Shown piece after piece: positions 1 through 10,485 of a stretch of DNA of 22,654 nucleotides. Each line of letters starts with the position of its first letter. The stretch's first letter is position 1. A program made the position numbers and the translations under genes. The notes under the pieces are model-generated. The model did not search any database, had not been told where the DNA came from, and worked only from the letters and a program-made list of their open reading frames with translations. The DNA is taken from positions 1 to 22,654 of the forward strand of contig JBKJJJ010000211.1 in NCBI GenBank assembly GCA_046598045.1, written 5' to 3'. The DNA is from Candidatus Eiseniibacteriota bacterium (GTDB taxonomy: Bacteria > Eisenbacteria > RBG-16-71-46 > DASYSL01).

Positions 1-1167
1 GCGGGCGGCGAGGCATTCCTGCCCGACGATGCGCTCGACGCCGACAACCACCGCTGGTTCGCCTCGGGTCCCACCGGGCGCACGCAGGTCGGCCTGATCG
101 AGGGCGTGACGCAAGCCGGCTCGCCGCTCTCGCTCGCGCTCGCCGCGGGCCAGGACGCCGGCCAGGTGAGCTTCCGTCGGCTCGAGGGCTCGTCGCTGAC
201 GCCGGGCGCGCTGTCGGGCCTCGATGCGGTCGTGTTGAGCGACGTGCCCGAACTGCCCGAGGGCGCGCTCTCGGCGCTCGTCGACTACGCAAAGGGCGGC
301 GGCGCGATCGCGGCGCTGCTCGGGCCGCGCGCGCACCCCGGGTTCTACGGCGGCAAGCTGTTCCCCGCGCTCTCGGGGCTCGCTCTCGGCGCGCCGCGCG
401 ACGCGGGCGGCGGGCAGTGGACGCTGCGCCTCGCCGCGCAGGGGCATCCCGCGTTCGAGGGCTTCGTGGCGCGCGCGGGCGAGCCGCTGACGCAGGCCGC
501 GTTCCACCATGCGTGGACGCTCAAGCCCGGCCCCACCACGCGCGTGCTCGCGCGCTTCGCGACCGACCTGCCCGCGCTCGTCGAGGACGGCCGCCTGATG
601 GTCTTCGCCAGCGACGCCGACGGGCAGTGGAACGACTTCCCGAGCCGCGGGGCGTTCCTGCCGCTGTGGCTGCAGGCCCTGCGCTCGCTCGCGCGCGGCT
701 CCGCGAGCGAGGACCTGAAACCCGGCGACCGCTTCGCCCTGCCGCTGCCGGTCGGCGAGCGCGCGCCCGACTTGCGCCTGAGCGATCCCAGCGGCCGCGC
801 GGTCGAGCTCACGCAGACGATCGCGGAGGGCGCACGCCGGCTGGTTTCCGCGCCGTTGACCGAACTCGGCCTGTACCATGTCGCCGCCGGCGGGCGTCCG
901 CTGCGCGACGTCGCGGTCAACCTCGACACCCGCGAGTCCGACCTGGCGCGCCTCACCGCCGACGGCGCGCGCAAGCGCTGGGCGAGCTACCGGCCCGTCG
1001 TGCTCGAGGGCAGCGTCGACCTCGCGCGCCGCATTCGCGAGGGGCGCTACGGCCGCGAGATCGGATGGATCCTGCTCGCGCTCGCGCTGGCCTGCCTTGT
1101 CCTCGAGACGATGATCGCGCGCATGATGACCCCCGCACCCGCAACCGGCCCCGGAGGGCGCACTTGA
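1..1167 (+). CDS. 5'-truncated BatA/VWA-associated membrane protein, C-terminal part (glutamine-amidotransferase-like domain, C-terminal TM helix)
   Basis: Frame is open from base 1 (AGGEAFLPDDALDADNHRWF). The DDAL..DN.R.F, 'DAVVLSDV', 'WNDFP...AFLPL' and 'AVNLDTRESDL' segments and the terminal hydrophobic helix WILLALALACLVLE resemble BatA-domain proteins. Confidence 0.6.
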   Translation, partial: AGGEAFLPDDALDADNHRWFASGPTGRTQVGLIEGVTQAGSPLSLALAAGQDAGQVSFRRLEGSSLTPGALSGLDAVVLSDVPELPEGALSALVDYAKGGGAIAALLGPRAHPGFYGGKLFPALSGLALGAPRDAGGGQWTLRLAAQGHPAFEGFVARAGEPLTQAAFHHAWTLKPGPTTRVLARFATDLPALVEDGRLMVFASDADGQWNDFPSRGAFLPLWLQALRSLARGSASEDLKPGDRFALPLPVGERAPDLRLSDPSGRAVELTQTIAEGARRLVSAPLTELGLYHVAAGGRPLRDVAVNLDTRESDLARLTADGARKRWASYRPVVLEGSVDLARRIREGRYGREIGWILLALALACLVLETMIARMMTPAPATGPGGRT

Positions 1168-4100
1168 GTCCAGCGACCACCACTCCTTTCTCGGGTTCCG
1201 CCAGGCTGCTGGCCGCCGCCGAACGCCTCGACGCGTTCGAGCGGCTGTTCGCGTTCGTGCGCGAGGGCCGTGCCCTGGCGGCGAAGTCGGGCGCGGCGCC
1301 CACGATCGGCGTGCGCGGGCTCGCCGGCTCGGCGGGCGCGTGGCTCGTGGCCGCGCTCCACGTGCGGGCGGGCGGCACGCTGTTGTTCGTCACCGAGAAC
1401 GGCGAGAAGGCCGAGGAGGCGCGCGAGGACCTCGAGTACTTCCTCGGCCCGGACGCGGTGCTGCCGTTCCCCGAGCCCGAGACGCTGCCCTACGACTCGG
1501 CGTCGCCCCACCCGGCGGTGACCGCGCAGCGCCTCGAGACGCTCGCGGCGCTCGCCCGCGGCGAGCAGGGCGTGGTCGTGACCACGGTGCGCGCGCTCGC
1601 GCAGAAGGTGCTCTCGCCCGACCGGCTCACCAGCCACGAGCTCGCGCTCGCGGTCGGACAGGACTACGAGCGCGATGATCTCGTGGCGCGACTGGTCGGT
1701 CTCGGCTACGAGCGGGTGCCGATCGTCAGTTCGCTCGGGCAGTTCTCGGTGCGTGGCGGGCTCATGGACCTGTTCTCGCTCGGCAGCGAGGACCCGTGGC
1801 GCCTCGAGTTCGACGGCGACACGCTGGCCTCGCTCCGGCGCTTCGATCCGCTGTCGCAGCGCTCGATCGAGTCCATGCCGAGCGCGACCGTGCTGCCGCG
1901 CTACGAAATCGCGCTCTCGCCGGGCGAGGCTGCCGAGGTGCTCGAGCGGCTCGGGGCGGCGGGCGATCGCGCCGCCGAGGCCGCGCGCCAGGACGGCCGC
2001 GGGCTCGAGCGCATGACCAGCGAGCTGTTCTTCGAGGGCATGGAGCGCGTGGCCGGCCACTACGGGCAGGACCTCGTGTCCCTCTGGTCGTATCTCCCGG
2101 CCGACGCGGCGGTGTGGTTCGACGATCCCGATCACCTCAAGACCCGCGGCGAGCATCTCGACGAGGAAGTCGCGCGCTACCACGGCGAGGCGGTCGCGCA
2201 CTTTCCCTTGATCTCGCCGCCGGCGGAGTTGTTCCTCTCCTGGGCCGACACGCTCGCCGGGGCCGCGGGGCGGCCGGGCGTGTCCGCGCTCGGGCCGATC
2301 GCGCGCAAGAGCGACCCGAAGGTCGTGCTCGAAGTCGCCTGCGCACCCCAGCCCGCGTTCACGCGCAACCTCGACCTCGTGCGCGGGTTCCTCTCGGACC
2401 TGAATGGCAAGGGCTACGAGTTGCACGTGCTGTGCGACAACTCGGGCCAGCGCGACCGGCTCGAGGAATTGCTCGGCGCGACGCCCGCGCTGCTGGATGT
2501 CGGCCTGGTGACGCACGGCTTCACCTGCGGCGAGGCGAAGTTCGCGCTCCTGACCGACCACGAGGTGTTCGAGCGCTACCGCCGCCGCGCGCGCCGCCGC
2601 AAGAAGACCGGCGGGCTGTCGCTCGCCGAGCTCAACGCGCTCGACCCGGGCGACTACGTCGTGCACGTCGACCACGGCATCGGCGTGTACAAGGGCCTCT
2701 CACGCCTGACCATGAACGCGCAGGAGACGGACTGCCTCGAGATCACCTACGGCTCGGGCGACAAGTTGTTCGTGCCGGTCAGCCAGCTCGATCTCGTCAG
2801 CAAGTGGACCGCCGAGGAGGGCTCCCGGCCGAGCGTCCACCGGCTCGGATCCTCGTCGTGGGCGCGCACCAAGGCGAAGGCGAAGCAGGCAATCCAGGAG
2901 ATGACCGGCGAGCTGCTGCGCACGTACGCGCTGCGCAAGGCGCTCCCGGGGCACGCGTTCGGTCCCGACACCGTGTGGCAGCGCGAGCTCGAGGCCTCGT
3001 TCATCTACGAGGAGACGCCGCACCAGGAGCGCGCGATCGAGGAGGTCAAGGCCGACATGGAGCGCGCGCAGCCGATGGACCGACTGGTCTGCGGCGACGT
3101 GGGCTACGGCAAGACCGAGGTCGCGATCCGGGCCGCGTTCAAGGCGGTGATGGACCACAAGCAGGTCGCGGTGCTGGTGCCGACGACGATCCTCGCGCAG
3201 CAGCACTGGGAGACGTTCCGCGAGCGCCTGGCCGACTACCCGGTCAAGGTCGACCTGCTGTCGCGCTTCCGCGGGCCGAAGCAGATCAAGGAGACGATCG
3301 CGAAGCTCAAGACCGGCGACGTCGATATCGTGATCGGCACCCACCGCCTGCTGTCGAAGGACGTCGAGTTCAAGGACCTCGGCCTGATCGTGATCGACGA
3401 GGAGCAGCGCTTCGGCGTCGCGCACAAGGAGAAGCTGCGCAAGCTGCGCACGCAGGTCGACGTCCTCACGCTGACCGCGACGCCGATCCCGCGCACGCTC
3501 AACTTCTCACTCGCGGGCGCGCGCGACATGTCGCTCATCGAGACGCCGCCGCGCGATCGCCTGCCCGTGCACACCGAGATCGTCGAGTACGCGGAGGACG
3601 TGATCGCGGACGCGCTGATGCGCGAGCTCGACCGCGGCGGCCAGGCGTTCTTCGTGCACAACCGCGTGGAGTCGATCACGACCGTGGCCGCGATGCTCGA
3701 GCGCCTCGTGCCGCAGATGCGCTTCGGCGTGGCGCACGGGCAGATGCGCGAGCACGAGCTCGAGAAGGTGATGCTCAAGTTCCTCGACCGGGAGCTCGAC
3801 TGCCTGATCTCGACCATGATCATCGAGTCGGGCCTCGACATCCCGACCGTCAACACCCTGCTGGTCAACCGCGCCGACACGTTCGGGCTGGCCCAGCTCT
3901 ACCAGCTGCGGGGCCGCGTCGGCCGCTCGAATCATCGCGCGTTTGCGTATTTCCTGGTGCCCGAGGGGCGCGTGCTGACCGAGGACGCGGAGAAGCGCCT
4001 CAAGGTCATCGAGTCGTTCGACGAACTGGGCGCCGGGTTCAAGATCGCGCTCAAGGACATGGAGATCCGCGGTGCCGGCAACCTGCTCGGGCCCGAGCAG

Positions 4101-4652
4101 ACGGGCTTCATCCTGGGGCTCGGGTTCGACCTCTACGTGCGGCTGCTCGAGGAGACGATCGCCGACTTGAAGGGCGTGCCTTTGGACGAGCGCGTCGAGC
4201 CGCGGCTCACGACCGACTGGGCGGCATTCCTGCCCGAGGACTACGTGCCCGACAACGAGGAGAAGCTCGAGCTCTATCGCCGCCTCGCGGTCGCGGCGCG
4301 CCCGGACGTGGTGGACGCGATCGGAGAGGAGCTGGCCGATCGCTTCGGCCGGGTCCCGGCCGCGGCGCGCCACCTGCTCGAGCTGCGCAAGATCCGCCTG
4401 CTCGGCAGCCTGGCGAAGGCGTCCGAGATGAAGCTCGACCACGGCAAGTTCGAGGTCTGGCTCAGGACGCCGCTCACGCCCAAGGCCGCCCACGGGATCC
4501 TGACCCGCACCAAGGAGGATCTGGAGTTCCTGTCCGGCAAGGAGATGGGGGTCCGGCTCAAGCGCGGCGGGGGCGAGCCCGAGGCCTTCCTCGGCCGCGC
4601 GACAAAGCTGTTGCAGGCCCTCGGCGAAACTGCTACTTTGGCCGCTAAGTGA
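1164..4652 (+). CDS. mfd: Transcription-repair coupling factor
   Basis: UvrB-like N-terminus, RID (GDYVVHVDHGIG), Walker A GDVGYGKTE, DEEQRFG, TATPIPRT, QLRGRVGR, TRG motif DMEIRGAGNLLG, C-terminal TRCF domain. Start set at TTG 1164, overlapping the upstream TGA, with GGAGG at 1153-1157. Confidence 0.97.
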   Translation: MSPATTTPFSGSARLLAAAERLDAFERLFAFVREGRALAAKSGAAPTIGVRGLAGSAGAWLVAALHVRAGGTLLFVTENGEKAEEAREDLEYFLGPDAVLPFPEPETLPYDSASPHPAVTAQRLETLAALARGEQGVVVTTVRALAQKVLSPDRLTSHELALAVGQDYERDDLVARLVGLGYERVPIVSSLGQFSVRGGLMDLFSLGSEDPWRLEFDGDTLASLRRFDPLSQRSIESMPSATVLPRYEIALSPGEAAEVLERLGAAGDRAAEAARQDGRGLERMTSELFFEGMERVAGHYGQDLVSLWSYLPADAAVWFDDPDHLKTRGEHLDEEVARYHGEAVAHFPLISPPAELFLSWADTLAGAAGRPGVSALGPIARKSDPKVVLEVACAPQPAFTRNLDLVRGFLSDLNGKGYELHVLCDNSGQRDRLEELLGATPALLDVGLVTHGFTCGEAKFALLTDHEVFERYRRRARRRKKTGGLSLAELNALDPGDYVVHVDHGIGVYKGLSRLTMNAQETDCLEITYGSGDKLFVPVSQLDLVSKWTAEEGSRPSVHRLGSSSWARTKAKAKQAIQEMTGELLRTYALRKALPGHAFGPDTVWQRELEASFIYEETPHQERAIEEVKADMERAQPMDRLVCGDVGYGKTEVAIRAAFKAVMDHKQVAVLVPTTILAQQHWETFRERLADYPVKVDLLSRFRGPKQIKETIAKLKTGDVDIVIGTHRLLSKDVEFKDLGLIVIDEEQRFGVAHKEKLRKLRTQVDVLTLTATPIPRTLNFSLAGARDMSLIETPPRDRLPVHTEIVEYAEDVIADALMRELDRGGQAFFVHNRVESITTVAAMLERLVPQMRFGVAHGQMREHELEKVMLKFLDRELDCLISTMIIESGLDIPTVNTLLVNRADTFGLAQLYQLRGRVGRSNHRAFAYFLVPEGRVLTEDAEKRLKVIESFDELGAGFKIALKDMEIRGAGNLLGPEQTGFILGLGFDLYVRLLEETIADLKGVPLDERVEPRLTTDWAAFLPEDYVPDNEEKLELYRRLAVAARPDVVDAIGEELADRFGRVPAAARHLLELRKIRLLGSLAKASEMKLDHGKFEVWLRTPLTPKAAHGILTRTKEDLEFLSGKEMGVRLKRGGGEPEAFLGRATKLLQALGETATLAAK
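4611..4639 (+). promoter_or_regulatory. Putative sigma70 promoter inside the mfd 3' end
   Basis: TTGCAG (4611-4616), 17-nt spacer ending TGC, TACTTT (4634-4639); followed by a relatively AT-rich leader. Confidence 0.55.
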
Positions 4653-4729
4653 ATACCAATACACGACTTCGCCGATTCAAGACGCCTCCCCGCCAGGCAT
4701 CCCGCCCCGAACCTGAGGAGCTTGTTCGC

Positions 4730-6229
4730 ATGACCCGATCGTCAGGGTTTGTCGCCCTTTCGCGGCGGAGCGCCGCGGCGCCCGCCATCCTTGTCCTCGC
4801 GCTGGGTGTCGCACTGGCGGCTGCCGGTTGCGGGAAGGGCCAGGGCAAGGCGCTCGTGACCACCGGCTCGCGCCGCCTGACGGTCGAACAGTTCACGGAG
4901 TACGCGCGCGACCCGCAGGTCATGCAGCCCTACATCGCCCTGCCCGAGACTGCGCAGAAGAAGGCGCTGTTCGATGACCTGGTCTCCTACGAGGTGCTCG
5001 CCGAGGCCGGCACGCGCGCGGGGTTCGACAAGGATTCGACCTACCGGAACATCGAGCAGGACGCGCTGCCGAAGCTCCTGCCGGACGCGCTCTACGACAA
5101 GCACGTCGGCGGCGCGGTCAAGGTCTCCGAGGCCGAGGCGAAGTTGTTCTACGACAGCCAGAAGGAAGAGCACCGCCTCGCCGTGATCCTCGCGGTCGAC
5201 GAGGCGGTCGCCAAGACCGCGATCGCGCGGCTGGACGCAGGTGGGAAGTTCGCGGAGGTCGCGAAGGCGACCTCGCAGGACCCGGGCACCGCGCCGAACG
5301 GCGGCGAGATTCCCGGCTGGCTCACGTTCGGGCAGCTCCCGCCGGACGTCGAGAAGGCGCTCCTGCCGCTCAAGGTGGGCGAGCACACGGGCGCGATCCC
5401 GCAGCGCACGGGCTCGTACATCTTCGCCCTGCTCGAGTCGCGACCGCGCAAGGATCCGCCGCCGTTCGAGGCCAACAAGCAGGGCGTGATCACCATGCTC
5501 GAGAGCCGCAAGAAGGGCGCGATCGTGGACGCGTACCTGCTCGGGCTCAAGCGCGAGTACGCCGTCAAGGTCGACGGCCCCGGCTGGACGGTGCTCAACG
5601 ACAAGATGCTCGCGCTGCCCGATTCGCTGGCGCGCCTGCTCGCGACCGACCCGCACAAGGCGGGCCTCACCGACGCCGAACTCGGCGAGACGATCGGGAG
5701 CTGGAAGGACCGCAAGTTCACCGTGCAGGACCTGATCACCGAGATCAACAAGACGCCGATCAACGATCGCCCGCCGTCGAACAACCCGAGCATGGTGAAG
5801 ATGTTCGTCGAGGGCAAGGCGCTGAACGAGATCCTCCTCGCCGAGGCGAAGAAGGAGGGCCTCGCGGACTCGCCCAAGGTGAAGGCCGAGCTCGACCGCG
5901 CGCGTTCGGCCTACCTCGTGAACAAGTACGTCGAGAAGACGATCCCGGCGGGGGCGGTGGGCTTTCCCACGCCCGCCGAGCTCGACTCGACGACGCACGC
6001 GCTGGTGAGCGCGAGCGGCGCGTCCGCGCCCGCAAACCTGACGTTCCAGGCGCTGCCGCCGCAGGTGCAGCAGCAGATCGTGTCGGACTGGCAGACCAAG
6101 CGGCGCCAGGCGCTGCTCAAGGCCGAGGTCGAGCGCTTGAAGGGCGAGATCAAGCCCGTGATCGACGACGCGGCCCTCAAGGCGATTCCATGGCCGGTTC
6201 CCGCCGCGGCTGAGAAGGAGAAGGCATGA
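4730..6229 (+). CDS. PpiC/parvulin-domain lipoprotein chaperone (PrsA/SurA-like)
   Basis: GAGGAG at 4715-4720 before ATG 4730; signal peptide with lipobox-like AAGC; parvulin segment FAEVAKATSQDPGTAPNGGEIPGW. Confidence 0.8.
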   Translation: MTRSSGFVALSRRSAAAPAILVLALGVALAAAGCGKGQGKALVTTGSRRLTVEQFTEYARDPQVMQPYIALPETAQKKALFDDLVSYEVLAEAGTRAGFDKDSTYRNIEQDALPKLLPDALYDKHVGGAVKVSEAEAKLFYDSQKEEHRLAVILAVDEAVAKTAIARLDAGGKFAEVAKATSQDPGTAPNGGEIPGWLTFGQLPPDVEKALLPLKVGEHTGAIPQRTGSYIFALLESRPRKDPPPFEANKQGVITMLESRKKGAIVDAYLLGLKREYAVKVDGPGWTVLNDKMLALPDSLARLLATDPHKAGLTDAELGETIGSWKDRKFTVQDLITEINKTPINDRPPSNNPSMVKMFVEGKALNEILLAEAKKEGLADSPKVKAELDRARSAYLVNKYVEKTIPAGAVGFPTPAELDSTTHALVSASGASAPANLTFQALPPQVQQQIVSDWQTKRRQALLKAEVERLKGEIKPVIDDAALKAIPWPVPAAAEKEKA

Positions 6230-7641
6230 ACTCCGAGTTCCGTGGCCTCCCTGGCCGGGTGCGCGCTTTTGGGCTCGCGCTCGCTGTTGGCGTTGCGCTC
6301 CTCGGCGCCTCGCTTCGCGGCGCGCCGGCCGGCGCGCAGGGCGGCGCCCGACCCGACAGCACGAGCCGCGGTGCGGCGTCGGCCGGTGGCGGCGCGGCGA
6401 TCGTCCCGCCGTCCGCCGCGGGCGAGCGCGTCGATGGCGTCGCCGCCGTGGTGGACAACGAGGTCGTGCTGCAGAGCGAGGTCGACGAACAGCTCTACCT
6501 GTTCCTGCAGCAGAACGGCGGGCGGCCCGACTCGGCGCAGGTCGAGCAGCTGCGCAAGGACATCCTCGACAAGCTGATCGACGACCGCGTGATCGTGGGC
6601 GAGGCGAAGCGCCAGAACATCGCAGCCCCCGAGAGCGAGGTCGAGAAGAACATCGCCGACGCGCTCGCCGACACCAAGAAGCGCCTGGGCTCGGACGAGG
6701 CGTTCGCCGCCGAGCTCAAGCGTGAGGGCCTGAACGAGGACGAACTCAAGAAGCGCTATCGCGACGAGGTCACGAAGCAACTGCTCGCGAACACGCTCCT
6801 GCGCAAGCAGCTCGGCAAGATGGAGGTCACGCCGGCCGAGGCCGAGAAGTACTTCGCCGACAACAAGGACAAGTTCCCGCGCCGTCCGTCCGCGATCAAG
6901 GTGCAGGTCATCCAGATCCCGATCGAGCCCGACTCGCTCGAGCGCGTCGCGGTCAGGAAGCGCGCGGCCGACGCGCTCGCGCGCATCAGGAAGGGCGAGC
7001 CGTTTTCGCGCCTCGCGCAGACGCTGTCCGAGGACCCGGGCACCGCGTCCTCGGGTGGCGACCTCGGCTGGTTCAAGAAGGGCGCGCTCGACTCGACGTT
7101 CGAGCTCGCGGCGTTCAAGCTGCCGGTCGGGCAGGTGTCGGGCATCGTGTCGACGCCGTTCGGCTACCACCTGATCAAGGTCGAGGAGGCGGATCCGGCG
7201 AAGGGCGAGATCCACGCCCGCCACATCCTGTTCCGCGTCACCCCGAGCGCGTTGGACGCCGAGCGCTCGCGCAGGCAGATCGAGGCCGTGCGCGCCCAGG
7301 CGGTCAAGGGCGTCGACTTCGGCACGCTCGCGCGCCGCTACTCGCGCTACAAGGGGCCCGCCGGCAGCGACGGCGACCTCGGCTTCCTGCCGATGAGCGT
7401 GTTCTCCACCGACTTCAAGGCCGCGCTCGACACGCTCGAGCTCGGCGAGGTGACGCCGCCGTTGCTCAACCCGCAGGGCTATCACCTGTTCAAGGTCAAC
7501 GACCGCCAGGCCGAGCGCGTGTACCAGGTCGCCGAGATCAAGGACGACCTGCCCGAGCTCGTCCGCCAGGCGAAGCTCAAGGACCAGTACGACGCCTTCG
7601 TCGCCGATCTTCGCAAGAAGGCGCACATCGAGTATCGCTGA
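6226..7641 (+). CDS. surA: SurA-like periplasmic chaperone / peptidyl-prolyl isomerase
   Basis: Signal peptide; SurA N-domain (VDGVAAVVDNEVVLQSEV); two parvulin domains (SEDPGTASSGGDLGWF...FGYHLIK; HARHIL...GDLGF...GYHLFK); ends LRKKAHIEYR; ATGA overlap with the previous gene. Confidence 0.85.
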   Translation: MNSEFRGLPGRVRAFGLALAVGVALLGASLRGAPAGAQGGARPDSTSRGAASAGGGAAIVPPSAAGERVDGVAAVVDNEVVLQSEVDEQLYLFLQQNGGRPDSAQVEQLRKDILDKLIDDRVIVGEAKRQNIAAPESEVEKNIADALADTKKRLGSDEAFAAELKREGLNEDELKKRYRDEVTKQLLANTLLRKQLGKMEVTPAEAEKYFADNKDKFPRRPSAIKVQVIQIPIEPDSLERVAVRKRAADALARIRKGEPFSRLAQTLSEDPGTASSGGDLGWFKKGALDSTFELAAFKLPVGQVSGIVSTPFGYHLIKVEEADPAKGEIHARHILFRVTPSALDAERSRRQIEAVRAQAVKGVDFGTLARRYSRYKGPAGSDGDLGFLPMSVFSTDFKAALDTLELGEVTPPLLNPQGYHLFKVNDRQAERVYQVAEIKDDLPELVRQAKLKDQYDAFVADLRKKAHIEYR

Positions 7642-7670
7642 GCGCCGCACCGAGGCAGGGAGGTCCGCCC

Positions 7671-8354
7671 ATGATCCGCATGACCGGGGTCACCAAGCGC
7701 TATGGCGCCGAAGAGGCCCTGGCCGATCTCGACTGGGAGGTGGGCGAGGGTGAGTTCTGCGTGGTGCACGCGCCGAGCGGCGCGGGCAAGACCACGCTGC
7801 TCCGCCTGCTCACGATGGAAGAACTCCCCACCGAGGGCCAGGTCCAGGTAGGGAGTTTCATTTCCGCGCGTGCCGGCAGGAGCCAGCGCAGCCAGCTCCG
7901 CCGAACGCTCGGCGTGGTCTACGAAGACTTCAAGCTGCTCGAGGATCGGGACCTGTTCGAGAACGTCGCGCTCGTCCTGCGCACGCAGGGCGTGTGGGAC
8001 CACCCCACGCTCGAACGCCGCGTCGAGGAGGCGCTGGCGCGCGTCGGCCTGCCGGGCCGCGGGCGCTCGTTCCCGCGCGAGCTGTCCGGCGGGCAGAAGC
8101 AGCGCGCCGCGATCGCGCGCGCGATCGTGCACGCGCCGCTCGTGCTGCTCGCCGACGAGCCCACCGGCAGCCTCGACCCGAAGTCGGCGGCCGAGGTGCT
8201 CGAGCTCCTGTTCGCGATCCATGCCGGCGGCGCCTCGGTCGTGCTGGCGACCAACGACGAGCCGCTCGCCCAGCGCCTGCTCGCGCGCGGCGTGCGCGTC
8301 GTCGACCTGGTCGGCGGGCGGCTCGTGCCGGCGACGCCGCAGGTGACGTCGTGA
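7671..8354 (+). CDS. ftsE: Cell division ABC ATPase FtsE-like
   Basis: Walker [10 protein letters not shown], signature LSGGQKQR, Walker B LLADEPTG, FtsE-like [23 protein letters not shown]; directly upstream of ftsX. Confidence 0.85.
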   Translation: MIRMTGVTKRYGAEEALADLDWEVGEGEFCVVHAPSGAGKTTLLRLLTMEELPTEGQVQVGSFISARAGRSQRSQLRRTLGVVYEDFKLLEDRDLFENVALVLRTQGVWDHPTLERRVEEALARVGLPGRGRSFPRELSGGQKQRAAIARAIVHAPLVLLADEPTGSLDPKSAAEVLELLFAIHAGGASVVLATNDEPLAQRLLARGVRVVDLVGGRLVPATPQVTS

Positions 8355-9208
8355 GCCGCATCGCCTGGTTCCTGCGCGAGGCCTGGCGCGGCTTGTGGTT
8401 CCACCGCTCGACCACGTGGACCGCGCTGCTGTCGGTGTTCGGATCCTTCCTCGTGCTCGGCGTGTTCCTCCTGTTCACGTTCAACGTGCAGCGCGCGCTG
8501 GTGGGCCTCGGCGACCGGCGCGAAGTCGCGGTCTACCTGCGCGACAACACCCCGGTCGACGCGCGCGAGGCGCTGATCGCGCGGCTCGATTCGCTCTATG
8601 GCGTGGCCGAGTACGTCAGCCCGGACCGCGCGTGGGAGGAGTTCGCGAAGGAGCTCGGCGGCACCGAGCTGCTCGAGGCCGCGGGCCAGAACCCGCTGCC
8701 GGCCTCGATCCGGCTCAAGCTGCGCCCTGAGCTGCTCAACTTCGACGCCATGGAACGCCTGTCGGACGCGCTCGCGGCGGTGCCGATCGTCGAGGAGGTG
8801 CGCTTCGGCGGCGAGTGGGTGCGCCGGCTCGACCACTTCATCGCGACGCTGCGCTTCGTCGACCTCGGGATCGGCCTCGTGGTTGCGCTGTCGGTCGTGT
8901 TCGTGGTCGCGAACACGATCCGCCTCGCGTTCATCGCGCGCCGCGAAACGCTGCGTATCCTTGCGCTCGTGGGCGCGGGCAACGGGTTCATCTTCACGCC
9001 GCTCGTGCTGGAGGGCGTGATCGCGACCGCGCTCGCCGCGATCCTCGCACTCGGCGCGGTCTATGGCGCAGCCGCCTACTTCGATGGCCGGCCGGTCGAC
9101 ATCCTGCCCCTGCCCTGGAGCTGGTCCGGCGCGTTCGTCGGCGGGGCCATGCTGCTCGGGCTCGTCGGCGCGCTGGTCGCGCTCGTCCCCCTCACCCGGA
9201 AGCACTAG
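8351..9208 (+). CDS. ftsX: Cell division permease FtsX
   Basis: GTG start overlapping the ftsE stop; TM1, extracellular loop with NPLPASI, NTIRL...RRE...LVGA..FI..P..LEG motif, further TM helices. Confidence 0.93.
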   Translation: MSRIAWFLREAWRGLWFHRSTTWTALLSVFGSFLVLGVFLLFTFNVQRALVGLGDRREVAVYLRDNTPVDAREALIARLDSLYGVAEYVSPDRAWEEFAKELGGTELLEAAGQNPLPASIRLKLRPELLNFDAMERLSDALAAVPIVEEVRFGGEWVRRLDHFIATLRFVDLGIGLVVALSVVFVVANTIRLAFIARRETLRILALVGAGNGFIFTPLVLEGVIATALAAILALGAVYGAAAYFDGRPVDILPLPWSWSGAFVGGAMLLGLVGALVALVPLTRKH

Positions 9209-9210
9209 CC

Positions 9211-10485
9211 GTGCGGCGCGCGGCCCCGCTGTCCGCCCGCGCGGCGCTCGTGCTCGCGCTCGCGCTCGCCGGCGCGCCGGCGCTCAGCGTGGCGGCGCTC
9301 GGCGCGCGCACGGCGTGGGCCCAGGACGCGGGTGGGGGCGACGAGGACGCGCAGAAGCGGGAGCTCGACCGCATCCAGCGCCAGGCCGCCGAGAAGCGCC
9401 GCCGCGCGCAGGAGCTCAAGATCAAGGAGAGCAAGGTCCTGAAGGACCTGCGCGCGACCGAGGCGCGCCTGCGCACGACCAAGACCAACATCGGGCAGCT
9501 CAGCAAGAAGGAGCAGGACCTCACGCGCCAGCTCACCGGCGTCCGCCAGGACCTCGACCGCTCGCGCGCCGAGCTCACCGACCAGCGCGGCAAGCTCGCG
9601 CTGCGTCTGCGGCGCCTCTACAAGTACGGCCGCGCGCGCGAACTCGAGTTCTTCCTCTCCGTGCAGTCGTTCGCGCAACTCCTGACACGCTGGGACTTCC
9701 TGACGCGCGTCGCTCGCCAGGACCGGCGCATCCTGCTCGGCATCACCGAGGAGAAGGAGCACATCGAGTGGAACCAGCGCAAACTCGATGCCACGCACAA
9801 GCAGGTCGACCAGACGCTCGACGCCCGCCAGAAGGAGCAGCAGCGCCTCGACCTGCTCGCCAAGCAGAAGAAGGCGTCGGTGACCGTGATCCGGGGCGAG
9901 CGCAAAGAGTACGAGGCCGCCGCCGCCGAGCTCGAGCGCACCGCACGCCGCATCCAGGCGCTGCTCGCCGACCTCGAAGCGCGCCGCCGCGCGGAGGAGG
10001 AGGCCCGCCGCCGCGCGGAGCAGGGCACGCCGCCGGCGCCCGGGCAGCCCGCGCCGCCGCCGCTGCCGCCCTACGAGGGCGAGTTCGCGAAGGCGCGCGG
10101 ACAGCTCGACTGGCCGCTGCGCGGCGAGATCGTCGGCCGCTTCGGCAACGAGACGCACCCACGCTTCGGGACGGTGACGTTCAACAACGGCGTCGACATC
10201 AAGGCCTCGCCCGGTGAGCCGATCCGCGCGGTGGCCAAGGGGCGCGTCGACTTCACGAGTTCCGACTACGGCTCCTACGGCGAGATGCTGATCCTCAACC
10301 ACGGCAGCGGCTACTACACGCTCTACGCCCACTGCTCGGATATCCTGGTCGCGCGCGGCGCCGAGATCGCGGCCGGCCAGGTGATCGCCAGGGCCGGCGA
10401 CTCGGGATCGCTCAAGGGCACGATCCTGCACTTCGAGGTGCGGAAGGGTCGGGCGTCGCTCAATCCATTGGAGTGGTTGCGGTGA
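9211..10485 (+). CDS. envC: Murein hydrolase activator EnvC family (coiled coil + degenerate M23/LytM domain)
   Basis: Signal peptide, long coiled coil, [18 protein letters not shown] and GTILHFEV (HxxxD and HxH degenerate, as expected for EnvC); follows ftsEX. Confidence 0.88.
   Translation: MRRAAPLSARAALVLALALAGAPALSVAALGARTAWAQDAGGGDEDAQKRELDRIQRQAAEKRRRAQELKIKESKVLKDLRATEARLRTTKTNIGQLSKKEQDLTRQLTGVRQDLDRSRAELTDQRGKLALRLRRLYKYGRARELEFFLSVQSFAQLLTRWDFLTRVARQDRRILLGITEEKEHIEWNQRKLDATHKQVDQTLDARQKEQQRLDLLAKQKKASVTVIRGERKEYEAAAAELERTARRIQALLADLEARRRAEEEARRRAEQGTPPAPGQPAPPPLPPYEGEFAKARGQLDWPLRGEIVGRFGNETHPRFGTVTFNNGVDIKASPGEPIRAVAKGRVDFTSSDYGSYGEMLILNHGSGYYTLYAHCSDILVARGAEIAAGQVIARAGDSGSLKGTILHFEVRKGRASLNPLEWLR

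Noticed and set aside
417..1163. N-terminal extension of the 1411-aa mfd ORF
   Set aside because: Arg/Ala/Pro-rich off-frame read of the upstream gene; RBS and TTGA coupling support a start at 1164.
1796..4648. 950-aa alternate-frame ORF and the many long antisense ORFs across the window
   Set aside because: Shadow ORFs expected from stop-codon scarcity at high GC; they overlap well-supported genes and have no recognisable motifs.
9211..10485. Degenerate M23 active site as a novelty
   Set aside because: Loss of zinc ligands is the established property of EnvC-type activators.
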